64,000 nt of DNA, taken from the NCBI GenBank assembly GCA_045546315.1, contig JAZQCN010000036.1, positions 33,574 to 97,573 on the forward strand, given 5' to 3'. Position 1 is the stretch's first letter, and every line of letters starts with the position of its first letter. Of the stretch, positions 7,124-16,913 are shown one piece after another. The stretch is from Clostridia bacterium. GTDB lineage: Bacteria > Bacillota > Clostridia > UBA1381 > UMGS1253. The position numbers were made by a program, and so were the translations under genes. Under the pieces are notes generated by a model. It searched no databases, was not told the origin of the DNA, and saw only the letters and a program-made list of their open reading frames with translations.

Positions 7124-10100
7124 TTATTTTTGTGTCCACTTAACTTCCAGGCCGAGGCTTTCACTTGCAAATCGAATCGGGACCATGGTTCTTCCGTTTT
7201 TCGTTGCCGGCGGCACATCGAGCATCACCGTTTGTCCGTTCACGGCGGCATCAGGATGATCTAAATACATTGTAATCTCCGTTTTGCCTTCCGTAATGGT
7301 AATCTTTTGTGTCGCATCCTCCCATCCGACCTGCGCGCCGATGGTTTCGGACAGCGCGCGGATCGGAATCAGCGTTCTGCCATTTTCAATCACCGGATAT
7401 ACGCTGTCGTACTTTTCAAAGTCGATATCCCTTCCGTCATACACAACGCGAATGTTACCCCCGACAGAAGTTTCGTCAATAACTTCAATCACCTTTTCCG
7501 GCGCTTCGCCGCGGCTGTAAGCTTCGTAGTCACTTTCAAGCACATAGCTAAAGCACATCGTCTCACCGGCATGCAGCGAAACATCTACGCGCACACTCGT
7601 ACCGTCAACACTTACATTCTCTCCGTCCACAAGGACAATCGGCGCTTCAAGTTTCAACGAAATCGTATCCTGCAGCATAGTCGGGTCGGAAATGTATACG
7701 GTATGCACAAAGCCGTCTTGCTGAAGCATCACCGTACTCGGCGACTGAATCTCAATGCCGTCGAGTGTACCATTTTCAAACACACTTGCATACACTGTGC
7801 CGCTCTGTTTGTCGCGCAGGGCGTGCATCTTATCCGTACGCTCTAAAATTTCCACCTGCGGATTTTGTGCATAAGCGCTCACCGCCGCTTGTGTTGTCTC
7901 CGGCAAAATCACATAGGCATAGCCTGCGTTTTCCGGCGCCGCGCCGTGCGAAAGATAAGTAATCAGATACGGAAAACCTGACTTATATATGTCTCTGCGA
8001 TAGTTGAGCTTTGCATCGTCTAAAATTACATGTCCTATGCCTTGCTCAGTATAAATCCAATTGGCATCCGCCGTATGTGTTTCATCAAAATCTACCTGCT
8101 GTAATACACCGTCTATATAAACATCTTCATAGCCGATGCGCGGCGCGGACAGCTCTGCCAAAATTGTTTCCTTGCTCTGTCCCGCTTTAAAAAACTTGAT
8201 TTCCGGGATATTCACCCAATCGCTCGTCGGATTGGAGTTACCGAGTGATTCAAGCTTTAAGTATCTGCCGCTTGCCGTTGCTTCAAAAAGCTCGAGCGCC
8301 GAGGTTGTACCGCTTGATTCGCCATCAAATACAAGCTTGTAGTCCACGCCGTCGTCGGAAGCGTACAGCTTGATGTACGCTTTTCTGGTATCGCCCTTAT
8401 CAAAAGCAATTGCAACCGCACCCAAATCCACCTTTTCACCGAAATCAAAGGTAATCCAGGAGCCGACAACCTGGTTTCTCCAGTTCGTGCCATAGTCACC
8501 GTCGATGATGAAATTCAAATCATCGGCAGGGGTGTTTGCATAGTCAAAAATGGCTTTCGGCACGGCTTCATACAAGCCTTCTGTGCCCGGCTGACGCATA
8601 TCGATTATACGATTATCCAATACGGTGTATACCTCGCCTTCGCCACCGGTAATACCGGAGCCGAGGCAAACGATGGTATCGCCAAGCATAAACCACGATT
8701 TTCTGCCGGCAAGTCCGGTAACATATTTGTTGCCTAAAATCATACCGGCTACGCCGCTTTTATCGTCCGTCACACCGCCGGCAAATGTGTTTTCCGGCAC
8801 GTGCCAGTCGGGATTGTCTTCTGTACCGATATCTGTGCGGCGCACGACGGAATCCACTGTTGTGCCCGGCATATAATACGGGTTGGCATTTGCCCACCAG
8901 GTGGTGGTATACTGCTTTTTGTCGTTCATATAAACATAGGTCATACCGTCGCCGATGTACCATTCCGTGAGACCGCCTGAGGTGGTATAGCCCTCATATT
9001 TATCGATACGCTCTGAGGACATCGAAAGACCAAAACGGAACCCTTCACGGTCGTGCACAACACGGTCCATATTGTGATACACCTTTGTCTTATACTCCGC
9101 AGACTGCGCCGAAATGCTTTGCGCATATGCAAGAAAATCTTCTATCTCCAAACGGATTTGCGGCTTTGCCGTCATCGCGCCGTCACCTGTCTGCTTTTCA
9201 TACGCGTCAAGCGTTTCACCGAGCGTGGTTTTCAACACCGCCGTCAGCTGCGCTTTTTCCTCTGCCGGTGCATAGTTTAATATGGTCATAATACTGCGAA
9301 TGACCGAAAGTGCGTTGTCTGTCTTCGTTCTGCCCATCACCATTGCCATAGACTGATTTTTATACACAAACGGTAAAAATGCATCTTCAATCATGCCGTA
9401 AATATTGGCATAGCCATAGACGTTTTTCACATCCAACACCGTGTCTGCAGACATATACACCAAATAAGCAAGGCTCTCGAGATATGCTGCGCCGTAGCCT
9501 AAGTTATATGCCATTGCATTATGAAACACAAGTGAGCCGTCACTGTAAAAGCCATTGGCATTCATCGGCACTACCGCATTTCTGTCCACATACTCGAAGA
9601 TATGATTTAAATACCGAAAACCGTAATTAACACGATACTCATCCTGCGTAAGCACCGCACACTTTATGTACGGAATTGTAAGTGAGAGTCTGTTGGTATA
9701 ATAATGATTGTTACCGCCTTCCATCACAGAGCCGGTGTGCACGGTCGGGTCGATGTTTTTGTCAAACGCCGCATTTATATATGTATCAATCGTTCTTTGC
9801 GGCAAACCATCGCGCATCAGCACGAGCGTATCTGCGAGCATCTCCGGCAAAAGGTATTCATATGTCGGCCAACGTTTGGAGCGGTAGAAATTGCCGCCCG
9901 GCGCATAATATTTTTCGTGCATGAATTTCAGTGCACCCAAAATTGCCGTTTCCAAATCCTTATTTTTGCTGCCGTCCAAATAATAGCCCTTCGCCATCTC
10001 TAAAATACGCGAATACACCGCCTCAATCTCCGTCGACTGCGTTGCGGTATAGGGTGCGGAAATGTACATATCGACAAACGGACTTGAGCCGTCCTCATAC

Positions 10101-10753
10101 TGCCCATAGAGCGGAAGATAACCTAACGCCTTGTTGATGATACCCTGCTTGTACACTGGAAAATCCGCCGATGCGTTTTCCGGTACGGCAATCAAGTTTT
10201 TCCAACGCGTGATAAACGCTTTATAATCGGCATCTGTCAGCGTTATATCCTCCCACGCCAGTGTACCGATGGCTTCACTGACTGTATAAAAATCCGTGTA
10301 ATACACAGAAACGCCGTTCACACGCTCTGTCAGATTTACAGCCTTTTCGCTCAAGCTCAGAAGACAGAAGCCACGCTTGTCCGTAAAGGTGTGATAGCCG
10401 AGCTTTTCAGCAATTGCCGTATGCGGTACATAAGCTTCATCTGTTGCAATGCCGAATTGCGCTTTGGCAAATGCGGCAGGCACAAGAAAGGTTTCATCCA
10501 ACTGCATAATTGCATTTTCGCCCATATCCACCTTGCGGTCGCGCACCCAAGCATAGCGCACACCGTTTGCAAAGGCAACATTGCCTTTCAAGAGCTTAGA
10601 AACGCGCGCCTCCGCCGTATAGGTTTTCATCCATGTCGGATTTTCTTTTGAGTTTGCACCCGTCGGCGTCAGTGCCGCATAAGCAGGCAGGCTTGTACAC
10701 AGTAGTGCCAATGCTAAAACTATAGCGAGCATTGTTTTTACTTTTCTTATCAT
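7124..10753 (-). CDS. Secreted polysaccharide lyase family 8 (hyaluronate/chondroitin/xanthan-lyase fold) with an F5/8 type C (discoidin) insert and a C-terminal copper-amine-oxidase-N-like domain
   Basis: - Start moved to ATG 10753 (MIRKVKTMLAIVLALALLCTSLPAYA signal peptide). The track start at 10996 lies inside the upstream gene.
- PL8-like motifs: FYSDGSLVFHNAMAYNLGYGAAYL, WYIGDGMTYVY, PGTTVD, GYAYVILP.
- Discoidin block: DGDYGTNWRNQVVGSWITFDFGEKVDLGAV..
- C-terminus: ..NGRTLIPIRALSETIGAQVGWEDATQKITI.. Confidence 0.7.
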   Translation of the reverse strand: MIRKVKTMLAIVLALALLCTSLPAYAALTPTGANSKENPTWMKTYTAEARVSKLLKGNVAFANGVRYAWVRDRKVDMGENAIMQLDETFLVPAAFAKAQFGIATDEAYVPHTAIAEKLGYHTFTDKRGFCLLSLSEKAVNLTERVNGVSVYYTDFYTVSEAIGTLAWEDITLTDADYKAFITRWKNLIAVPENASADFPVYKQGIINKALGYLPLYGQYEDGSSPFVDMYISAPYTATQSTEIEAVYSRILEMAKGYYLDGSKNKDLETAILGALKFMHEKYYAPGGNFYRSKRWPTYEYLLPEMLADTLVLMRDGLPQRTIDTYINAAFDKNIDPTVHTGSVMEGGNNHYYTNRLSLTIPYIKCAVLTQDEYRVNYGFRYLNHIFEYVDRNAVVPMNANGFYSDGSLVFHNAMAYNLGYGAAYLESLAYLVYMSADTVLDVKNVYGYANIYGMIEDAFLPFVYKNQSMAMVMGRTKTDNALSVIRSIMTILNYAPAEEKAQLTAVLKTTLGETLDAYEKQTGDGAMTAKPQIRLEIEDFLAYAQSISAQSAEYKTKVYHNMDRVVHDREGFRFGLSMSSERIDKYEGYTTSGGLTEWYIGDGMTYVYMNDKKQYTTTWWANANPYYMPGTTVDSVVRRTDIGTEDNPDWHVPENTFAGGVTDDKSGVAGMILGNKYVTGLAGRKSWFMLGDTIVCLGSGITGGEGEVYTVLDNRIIDMRQPGTEGLYEAVPKAIFDYANTPADDLNFIIDGDYGTNWRNQVVGSWITFDFGEKVDLGAVAIAFDKGDTRKAYIKLYASDDGVDYKLVFDGESSGTTSALELFEATASGRYLKLESLGNSNPTSDWVNIPEIKFFKAGQSKETILAELSAPRIGYEDVYIDGVLQQVDFDETHTADANWIYTEQGIGHVILDDAKLNYRRDIYKSGFPYLITYLSHGAAPENAGYAYVILPETTQAAVSAYAQNPQVEILERTDKMHALRDKQSGTVYASVFENGTLDGIEIQSPSTVMLQQDGFVHTVYISDPTMLQDTISLKLEAPIVLVDGENVSVDGTSVRVDVSLHAGETMCFSYVLESDYEAYSRGEAPEKVIEVIDETSVGGNIRVVYDGRDIDFEKYDSVYPVIENGRTLIPIRALSETIGAQVGWEDATQKITITEGKTEITMYLDHPDAAVNGQTVMLDVPPATKNGRTMVPIRFASESLGLEVKWTQK

Positions 10754-12921
10754 TTTCCATCCCCACTTTCCGTTTCCATTCCGTCGGGTAGTGTATATGT
10801 TGTCACAATTTGTCCGTTCTTCTTTTCGTGGTGCACATACAGCATACCGAGCGGTGTCGGCACACTGCCCTCTGCCCACGATAAATCGCCAAGCTGCGGC
10901 GCGATTTTCACTTTTGTGTACCCATCTGCCACCGGCGTAATGCCGAGCACCTTGGAAATCATCTGATACGTCGGCGTCGCGCTCCAGGCGTGACAATAGT
11001 CACAGTCAAAGCCACCCCAAACCTCTTTTAAGCCGCCACTACACTCGTCTAAAAGCTTTTGCCACTTACGCATCAGCGTATTGCCGTATTTTTCAAACAA
11101 ATCTGTTTTTTGTAAGGCTTCAAATACAAAATGCATAAAGAACGGCTGCGGTTGTACAAGACTGTCATCCGCCAAAAGCGCTTCCATAATGCCTTCTGCC
11201 TTTTCTCGAGGGCATACATCATAAAGCACCGCCGCCGTATTTGTGTAATAAGTAAAGTATTTTCCTTGTCCCGCCGGAAGCCAGTTGTCGCTCACATCCG
11301 AACTAAATCCGTCAAAATACAATCCACGCTCTGCATCATACAGACACGAAAATGCCGTCTTCACCTTTGCCGCCTGCCCGGCGCACGCTTTTGCCTCTTC
11401 CCCGAGTCCTAAGCGCGTATATATCTTTTCTGCACACACAAGCGCGTTATAGTAATTCGCCGTCATATACCCTTGTCCCAAAACGCGCGGCGGATGATGC
11501 AGGTTAAAGCCGTCAATCTCCACCCAATCGACAAACATATAGTTCGGCGCGTGCTCAATAATGCCCTTTTCACCGACATAACCCGCAAAACGCTTCATCA
11601 ACAAATCCAGCGCAGGCAAAATGTCCGCTTCCTCTATAATTTCAGCATTGCCCGTATGCAGAATATAATCCAAAATCAGCTGCGGCCACATCAGGCTGTA
11701 TGCCGTATGGAACATCTTGCCGTCCTCTTTGATCAAAAGCTTCGCCGTACGCAAAATGTCCATGCGCGTCAAGTGGCTGTCGCCAAAGCAAGCATAGCCG
11801 ACGAGGCTTTCTACCAGATAATCACCCGTATCGCCGAGTGGCTCCTGATGCACCGGCGAATCCATATGATAGGACTGGCGGCAAATCTCCAGCGTCCATT
11901 TGCCCAAGTCATAAATTTTGTTTAAACTTTCGTCGCTGCACTTATAGTGTCCCTCCTGCGTCACCGGATAGGACTTATAAATCAGCTTCGGCGTAATTTT
12001 CACCGATGCTGTTAAATTTTCAAGCGAAAACTGCACATACTGCGCGCCGTACATTTTCAGTGTACGGAATTGATGCTTTCCACCTGTCAAATGCACCAAA
12101 TAGGTCGCAGCGTGCATATTGCCGACATGCTCCTGCATCGCCATGCGCAACACTACCTTGCATGCGCATTCAATTTCAAGCTCGACATAGCAGGCATAGA
12201 TTTTGCCGAAGTCCACCCAAAAGGTCACCGGTGCACCTGCGCTGACGACAAATGCATCACCGTTTTGCACTACGCGTCCCGTACAAAGCGGGTTTACAAG
12301 CGCCGTCGGCGCAATTTCTTTGTACGAAAGCTCCGGCAGCTCGCGCGGCAAAAGCGCTCCCCAAATATCTTCTGTTGCCTCTGCAGGGTATAATGCGCAT
12401 TCTGCCGCAGGGTCAAAGCATGCAGAATTCGGCATTTTTGCATACACGCCGCCAAGCCAGCTTTCATCACTGCAAAGCACAAGCTCCGGCGTTTCCGATT
12501 CAAAGATAAGCCCGCCGTGCCCTTCGGAAATATCCGACCAGGCAAGCTCCGGCTGCAGGCTGACCAATACTTCAATTACATTTTCGTCCGCGGCATATTC
12601 TACGCTACAGCAATCGTAATACCGATGTCCCATCGGCTTGTTTCTGCAGCAGTCGCCGCCCGACTCCATCGGTCCGTCCGAGATGATTTTGCCGTTGATG
12701 CTTAAACGGTAGCGGCAGTCTGCACTGATGTACGCCTTCGTTTCACATGGCTTTTGCAGGGTAAACCGTTTTTCAAAAACAGCAATACAAGATGCATCCG
12801 GCGCACCACTCATACAGGAATAGCTTTCGCTTTCCTGCTGATTCGGAAAGCGTTTTTCATCCAGCCATATCCATTTGGCACGCCATGGTGTTTTTTTATG
12901 TGTATCTTCTTTTTTAAACAT
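10750..12921 (-). CDS. Six-hairpin glycosidase, GH78 (alpha-L-rhamnosidase)-like
   Basis: 723 aa with no signal peptide. The N-terminus (..AKWIWLDEKRFPNQ) and C-terminus (CHAWSATPTYQMISKVLGITPVADGYTKVKIAPQLGDLSWAEGSVPTPLGML) resemble the rhamnosidase family. Its stop overlaps the PL8 start as ATGA (10750-10753). Confidence 0.5.
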   Translation of the reverse strand: MFKKEDTHKKTPWRAKWIWLDEKRFPNQQESESYSCMSGAPDASCIAVFEKRFTLQKPCETKAYISADCRYRLSINGKIISDGPMESGGDCCRNKPMGHRYYDCCSVEYAADENVIEVLVSLQPELAWSDISEGHGGLIFESETPELVLCSDESWLGGVYAKMPNSACFDPAAECALYPAEATEDIWGALLPRELPELSYKEIAPTALVNPLCTGRVVQNGDAFVVSAGAPVTFWVDFGKIYACYVELEIECACKVVLRMAMQEHVGNMHAATYLVHLTGGKHQFRTLKMYGAQYVQFSLENLTASVKITPKLIYKSYPVTQEGHYKCSDESLNKIYDLGKWTLEICRQSYHMDSPVHQEPLGDTGDYLVESLVGYACFGDSHLTRMDILRTAKLLIKEDGKMFHTAYSLMWPQLILDYILHTGNAEIIEEADILPALDLLMKRFAGYVGEKGIIEHAPNYMFVDWVEIDGFNLHHPPRVLGQGYMTANYYNALVCAEKIYTRLGLGEEAKACAGQAAKVKTAFSCLYDAERGLYFDGFSSDVSDNWLPAGQGKYFTYYTNTAAVLYDVCPREKAEGIMEALLADDSLVQPQPFFMHFVFEALQKTDLFEKYGNTLMRKWQKLLDECSGGLKEVWGGFDCDYCHAWSATPTYQMISKVLGITPVADGYTKVKIAPQLGDLSWAEGSVPTPLGMLYVHHEKKNGQIVTTYTLPDGMETESGDGK

Positions 12922-12932
12922 ACGAAACCCGC

Positions 12933-13883
12933 CTATGCAAAAAATGATTTTAAAAATTCATCACTTGGGCCATCATATTCTGCCAAAGCAAGAAATTCTT
13001 TGCCAAACTGATTGCCCCAGCTGTAGGTAATTATGGTTTTTCCGTTATAATCGCACATATCAAAGTCGCTGTTGTTGCTGTTGGTTGCGTTCTCAATATA
13101 GTCAAGCTCCTCTTGTGTAAAGCGCTCCGGATGTATTACGATTTTGTCATCGTCATCCGGCCACATTACCGGATTGGTCAGCCCAAGCTCCCAATCCTTG
13201 AAATCACGGGTTCTTACAATGTACGGAATCCATCTGTGACACGGCGCACTCTCCAAATAAATCATATAGTACAATCCATCCACATAGCGCAGGCACGGAC
13301 AAGCCGTGTAACGGTCTCGCGAGTAGGAATACTCCATCATATCGAGCAGCTTCCAATTGAGCAAATCCGTCGACTCGGCAAACAAATTGGTAAATTTTTC
13401 ACCGACCGCCGGGTTGGAGCCGCCAATTTCAATGGCGAGCATATATTTGCCTTCCCCTTTGCACACCGAGGTGTTGTAAAGCAGAATATCGCTTGGGAAG
13501 GTCAGAATTTCCTTACATTCCCAATCCTTCAAATTTTCGGAACAGAAGCAGTCGAGCACCTGACCGCCGCCGCTGCCGCGCACGCCGTAGACATACATTT
13601 TTCCGTCTACCGCTATGCAGCAGCCGAACGAATGATCCACAGCAAATTCGCAAACCGGTTCTTCTGTCTCCATATCCACAAAATGATAGTAGCCGACCTC
13701 ACGTTCTATGCCGCCGGCGCCACCCCAGCGGCTCGGTCGTACCCATTCAAAGCGCAAAAGTCTGCCTTCCCATACGACCGGAGTGGACTCTACAACATTT
13801 ATCTGAATCGTACCGAGTTTTTTCATTCTTTTTCTGGTAGGAATTTTTTCTACCTGCAGTGCAGTTTCAAAATCGTTTAACAT
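12933..13883 (-). CDS. Cytoplasmic beta-propeller glycosidase-like protein (GH43/GH32/GH130-type fold), function unknown
   Basis: 316-aa ORF lying 11 nt upstream of the GH78-like gene. Blade-like repeats (..VDGKMYVYGV.., ..GKYMLAIEIGG.., ..VDGLYYMIYLE..). The fold assignment is from sequence feel only. Confidence 0.35.
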   Translation of the reverse strand: MLNDFETALQVEKIPTRKRMKKLGTIQINVVESTPVVWEGRLLRFEWVRPSRWGGAGGIEREVGYYHFVDMETEEPVCEFAVDHSFGCCIAVDGKMYVYGVRGSGGGQVLDCFCSENLKDWECKEILTFPSDILLYNTSVCKGEGKYMLAIEIGGSNPAVGEKFTNLFAESTDLLNWKLLDMMEYSYSRDRYTACPCLRYVDGLYYMIYLESAPCHRWIPYIVRTRDFKDWELGLTNPVMWPDDDDKIVIHPERFTQEELDYIENATNSNNSDFDMCDYNGKTIITYSWGNQFGKEFLALAEYDGPSDEFLKSFFA

Positions 13884-14080
13884 AGCGCTGCTCCTTCACC
13901 ACAAAATTTACTGATTTAATTATATCTTTCGCTACTTTGCGTGTCAATGCTTTCATTCACACCTTTTAGCACAATATTCACTTTCTTCTACAAGCCATTT
14001 TACCTCTACTCTCCTTGAAATTGTGCATTACTTCAAAATCAAAATTATAACTATTTTCATATTTATTTCTTCTTGCAAAG

Positions 14081-14108
14081 AAAAAAGACGGTGTCAACGA
14101 CACCGCCT
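14081..14108 (-). terminator. Rho-independent terminator after the RpiB-like gene
   Basis: Minus strand reads GGCGGTGTC-GTT-GACACCGTC followed by TTTTTT. Confidence 0.65.
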
Positions 14109-14122
14109 TTTCAAATAACTGA

Positions 14123-14764
14123 TTATTCGCCAACAATAGCCTTAACCGCTTCAGCGATTTCCGGTACCTGGCAGTTTGCGTAGAAGTATTCCTTGAACTT
14201 CTCACCGGAGAGTGCGCCCTTTACGAGCTCCTGGTCGAGGTTCTTTAAGATTGTAACGAGGTCAACATGCGTAACCTTCTTAACTTCGTCCAAAATCTTC
14301 TTGTTTCTCTGCTCCGGAACAGCTCTTTCCTTCGGATAGCCGCCGCCCCACTCTTCAACGAAGAGCTTCTCGAATACATACTGGAGGTTTAATTCGCAGC
14401 CCCAGCCCCAGCCCTTAGCAAACGGGAGAGCGATTGTGTTACCGTTGTTTACCTGTGTAAACTGGTAAGCATCTGTCGGGTCTACAACATGACCGCAGAG
14501 TACGCCCGGGAATGCGTTACAAGCGAGCATTGCACCTTCGCCTGTGCCGCAGCCTGTGATTACCAGGTCAGCAGCCTTGGAGTTGATGAGTACAGCTGTT
14601 AAAATACCAATCTGTACATATGTAAGCTGGTTTACATCCTCAGCGGAGTACATACCGTAGTTGTATACGGTGTGACCCATCGGCTCAACAACCTTCTTGA
14701 GTGTGTCACAAATCAGGGCGTTCTTCGCTGCCTGACTGTTTTCGTTAATCAATGCGATTTTCAT
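14123..14764 (-). CDS. RpiB/LacA/LacB-family sugar-phosphate isomerase (long form with C-terminal extension)
   Basis: MKIALINENSQ..VITGCGTGEGAMLACNAFPGVLCGHVVDPTDAY..NGNTIALPFAKGWGWG is typical of the RpiB fold. Confidence 0.7.
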   Translation of the reverse strand: MKIALINENSQAAKNALICDTLKKVVEPMGHTVYNYGMYSAEDVNQLTYVQIGILTAVLINSKAADLVITGCGTGEGAMLACNAFPGVLCGHVVDPTDAYQFTQVNNGNTIALPFAKGWGWGCELNLQYVFEKLFVEEWGGGYPKERAVPEQRNKKILDEVKKVTHVDLVTILKNLDQELVKGALSGEKFKEYFYANCQVPEIAEAVKAIVGE

Positions 14765-14854
14765 TTCACATACCTCTTTTCATTTTTATGCACAGCGTGC
14801 ATTTATAATAGACAAATCTATTATATCATCCTTTCATATACATTTCAAACCTTT

Positions 14855-14893
14855 TTTCAATATTTCGCACAAAAGTTTCAATATTTCGCACAA
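14855..14893. repeat. Perfect 18-bp tandem direct repeat (TTTCAATATTTCGCACAA x2, 21-bp period) in a divergent promoter region
   Basis: Copies at 14855-14872 and 14876-14893. Palindromes ATGCAC-AGC-GTGCAT (14788-14802) and ATAATAGA-CAAA-TCTATTAT (14805-14824) lie nearby. Confidence 0.8.
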
Positions 14894-14971
14894 TTTGCTC
14901 CTATCGCTTGCCATTCGGGCAAAAATATGCTATGTTAAAATTACAAAATTATGAAAAAGAGGTGTATTACC

Positions 14972-15808
14972 ATGAAAAAGTTTAAAGTCGGTATCCAGTT
15001 GTTCTCTTTGCGCTATGATATGAAAGAGGATATGGATGCAACACTGGCAAAGGTAAAGGAAGCCGGCTACGACTATGTCGAGTTTGCAGGCTACTTCGGC
15101 AAGAGCGCCGAGGAAGTTAAGGCGCTTCTCGATAAGCACGGCCTCACCTGTATTTCCGTACACCAGACACACGATGTGTTCTTAGGCGAGGAGGCACAGG
15201 CAAATGTGGACTTTTTAAAGACCATCGGTGCAAAGTATTGCTGCATTCCGTGGATGCCGGTACAGAAAATGGCAACCAAGGATGGCTTTGCGCAGCTTTG
15301 TGAGGAAGCAAAAAAGGTCGGCAAGCTGTTAAAGGACAACGGTATCCAGCTCGGTTACCACAACCACGATTTTGAGTTTTTGGAGCTCGAAGGCGAATTC
15401 ATTTTCGATAAGCTCTATTCCACCGTACCGCAAGACCTGCTCACAACCGAAATCGATACCTGCTGGGTAAAATATGCAGGTCAGGACCCGGCGGAGTACA
15501 TCCGCAAGTACACAGGCAGAGTCAGCATCGTGCACTTAAAGGACTTCACCTGCAAGAGCTTGAACGCAGGCCCGGCATACTCCTTAATTGACGAAAACGG
15601 CAAGGAAGTAAAGGGCGTTTCCCGCGAGGAGAACGAGTTTATGTTTAAGGCACTCGGCACCGGTATGCAGGACTTTAAGGCAATCTTAGAGGCTTGCGAA
15701 GCCTCCGGCACTGAGTATATCATCTACGAACAGGATCAGGCACCGGAAAGACCGGCAATCGAATCTGCAAAGCTGAGCCGTGAATTTTTAAAATCCTTAG
15801 GACAGTAA
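14972..15808 (+). CDS. Sugar phosphate isomerase/epimerase (xylose-isomerase-like TIM barrel)
   Basis: MKKFKVGIQLFSLR..AGYDYVEFAGYF..LGYHNHDFEF..VHLKD. The start is set at ATG 14972, which has AAGAGGTG 7 nt upstream. The track start is 14951. Confidence 0.75.
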   Translation: MKKFKVGIQLFSLRYDMKEDMDATLAKVKEAGYDYVEFAGYFGKSAEEVKALLDKHGLTCISVHQTHDVFLGEEAQANVDFLKTIGAKYCCIPWMPVQKMATKDGFAQLCEEAKKVGKLLKDNGIQLGYHNHDFEFLELEGEFIFDKLYSTVPQDLLTTEIDTCWVKYAGQDPAEYIRKYTGRVSIVHLKDFTCKSLNAGPAYSLIDENGKEVKGVSREENEFMFKALGTGMQDFKAILEACEASGTEYIIYEQDQAPERPAIESAKLSREFLKSLGQ

Positions 15809-15825
15809 TCAACAGCATAAAACAA

Positions 15826-15866
15826 AGGGGGCGGAAGCAATTTGCTTCCGCCCTTGTTTTTTCTGA
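15826..15866. terminator. Bidirectional terminator between convergent genes
   Basis: GGGGGCGGAAGC-AATT-TGCTTCCGCCC followed by TTGTTTTTT. Confidence 0.7.
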
Positions 15867-15882
15867 TGCTCGATAGCATTCA

Positions 15883-16809
15883 TTACTCTGTATAATAGAT
15901 ACCGAATTCGCGAATCGACTGACCTGCCTCCATCTGCAACAGCACATCCATCAAAGATAAGCTTGTGTTTAAAAGCTCTCTGGCCGAAACCTTTAACTCT
16001 TCTGTCGGGAAATCATTTTTCAGCTCTGTATACGGTGCATTCGGCGCATAGTAAACACCGATAATATTAAATTCCATGCCCATAGTCTCAAAGTTGAAAA
16101 CAACGCCGTTCGGCTCAGTTTCAGAAAGAAGAACCATCGTTCCTGCTTTTACCGCCTCCGCGCCGGTGCCTGACTCAATGAATGTCATACAGGAAATCTC
16201 ATTTTCAACCGGGTCATAGCTGATAAGCAACGCTGTCTCCGCAGAAGAATCCTCTTCCGGAAAATAGTATACAGTATAGCTGCCCTCTATGTATTCACCG
16301 TTCTGCAGCACATAGTTTTTCAGTTTTGTAAACGAAGTCTCAGCCGGCGCAGGCATCGGTACCGGAGTCGGTTCTGCAGCCGGTTCTGTAATAAATACGG
16401 TCCAGCTGATATCGTCCCAGTCTACCTTTAAGCCAAATGCCTCGGAAACCGCTCTTGCCGGCACTAATGTTCTACCGTCAATTACGCACGGTGCTGTATC
16501 GAGTGCGATTGCATTGCCGTTCACGGTAATACTCGGCACGCCGATGGTCAGGCTGACGGTGGTTGCATCTTTTGTGGATGTAACGGTCTGGGTTGCATCG
16601 TCCCAGCCAACCGTTGCGCCGATGGATTCAAAGATCACACGAAGCGGCACCATGGTTCTGCCGTTAATCAGCTGCGGCGGTACATCGAACTGAAGCATCT
16701 GACCGAACAGGACAACCTTAACATCCTGCTGCGCTGCTGCGCCGATACCTGGCAGCATGGACAGCATAAGCACCAATGCCATTACTACGGATAAAATTCT
16801 TTTTTTCAT
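15883..16809 (-). CDS. Secreted protein with an N-terminal copper-amine-oxidase-N-like domain and an uncharacterised C-terminal domain
   Basis: Signal peptide MKKRILSVVMALVLMLSMLPGIGAAAQ, then ..LINGRTMVPLRVIFESIGATVGWDDATQTVT..VIDGRTLVPARAVSEAFGLKVDWDD. Confidence 0.7.
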   Translation of the reverse strand: MKKRILSVVMALVLMLSMLPGIGAAAQQDVKVVLFGQMLQFDVPPQLINGRTMVPLRVIFESIGATVGWDDATQTVTSTKDATTVSLTIGVPSITVNGNAIALDTAPCVIDGRTLVPARAVSEAFGLKVDWDDISWTVFITEPAAEPTPVPMPAPAETSFTKLKNYVLQNGEYIEGSYTVYYFPEEDSSAETALLISYDPVENEISCMTFIESGTGAEAVKAGTMVLLSETEPNGVVFNFETMGMEFNIIGVYYAPNAPYTELKNDFPTEELKVSARELLNTSLSLMDVLLQMEAGQSIREFGIYYTE

Positions 16810-16886
16810 ATTGGTGTTCCTCCTCTAAAATGTTGATATGACCAGTATAGCACGCATTTTCACGAAAGTCAATTCACCCATAAAGC

Positions 16887-16909
16887 AAAAAAGCCCTTAG
16901 GGCTTTTTT
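16887..16909 (-). terminator. Hairpin terminator after the GH39-like gene
   Basis: AAAAAAGCCC-TTA-GGGCTTTTTT. Confidence 0.6.
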
Positions 16910-16913
16910 GCTT

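Noticed and set aside
10754-10996. The 81-codon N-terminal extension of the track ORF 7124..10996.
   Set aside because: The extension lies entirely inside the upstream GH78-like gene in another frame. The internal ATG at 10753 gives a canonical signal peptide and an ATGA stop/start junction.
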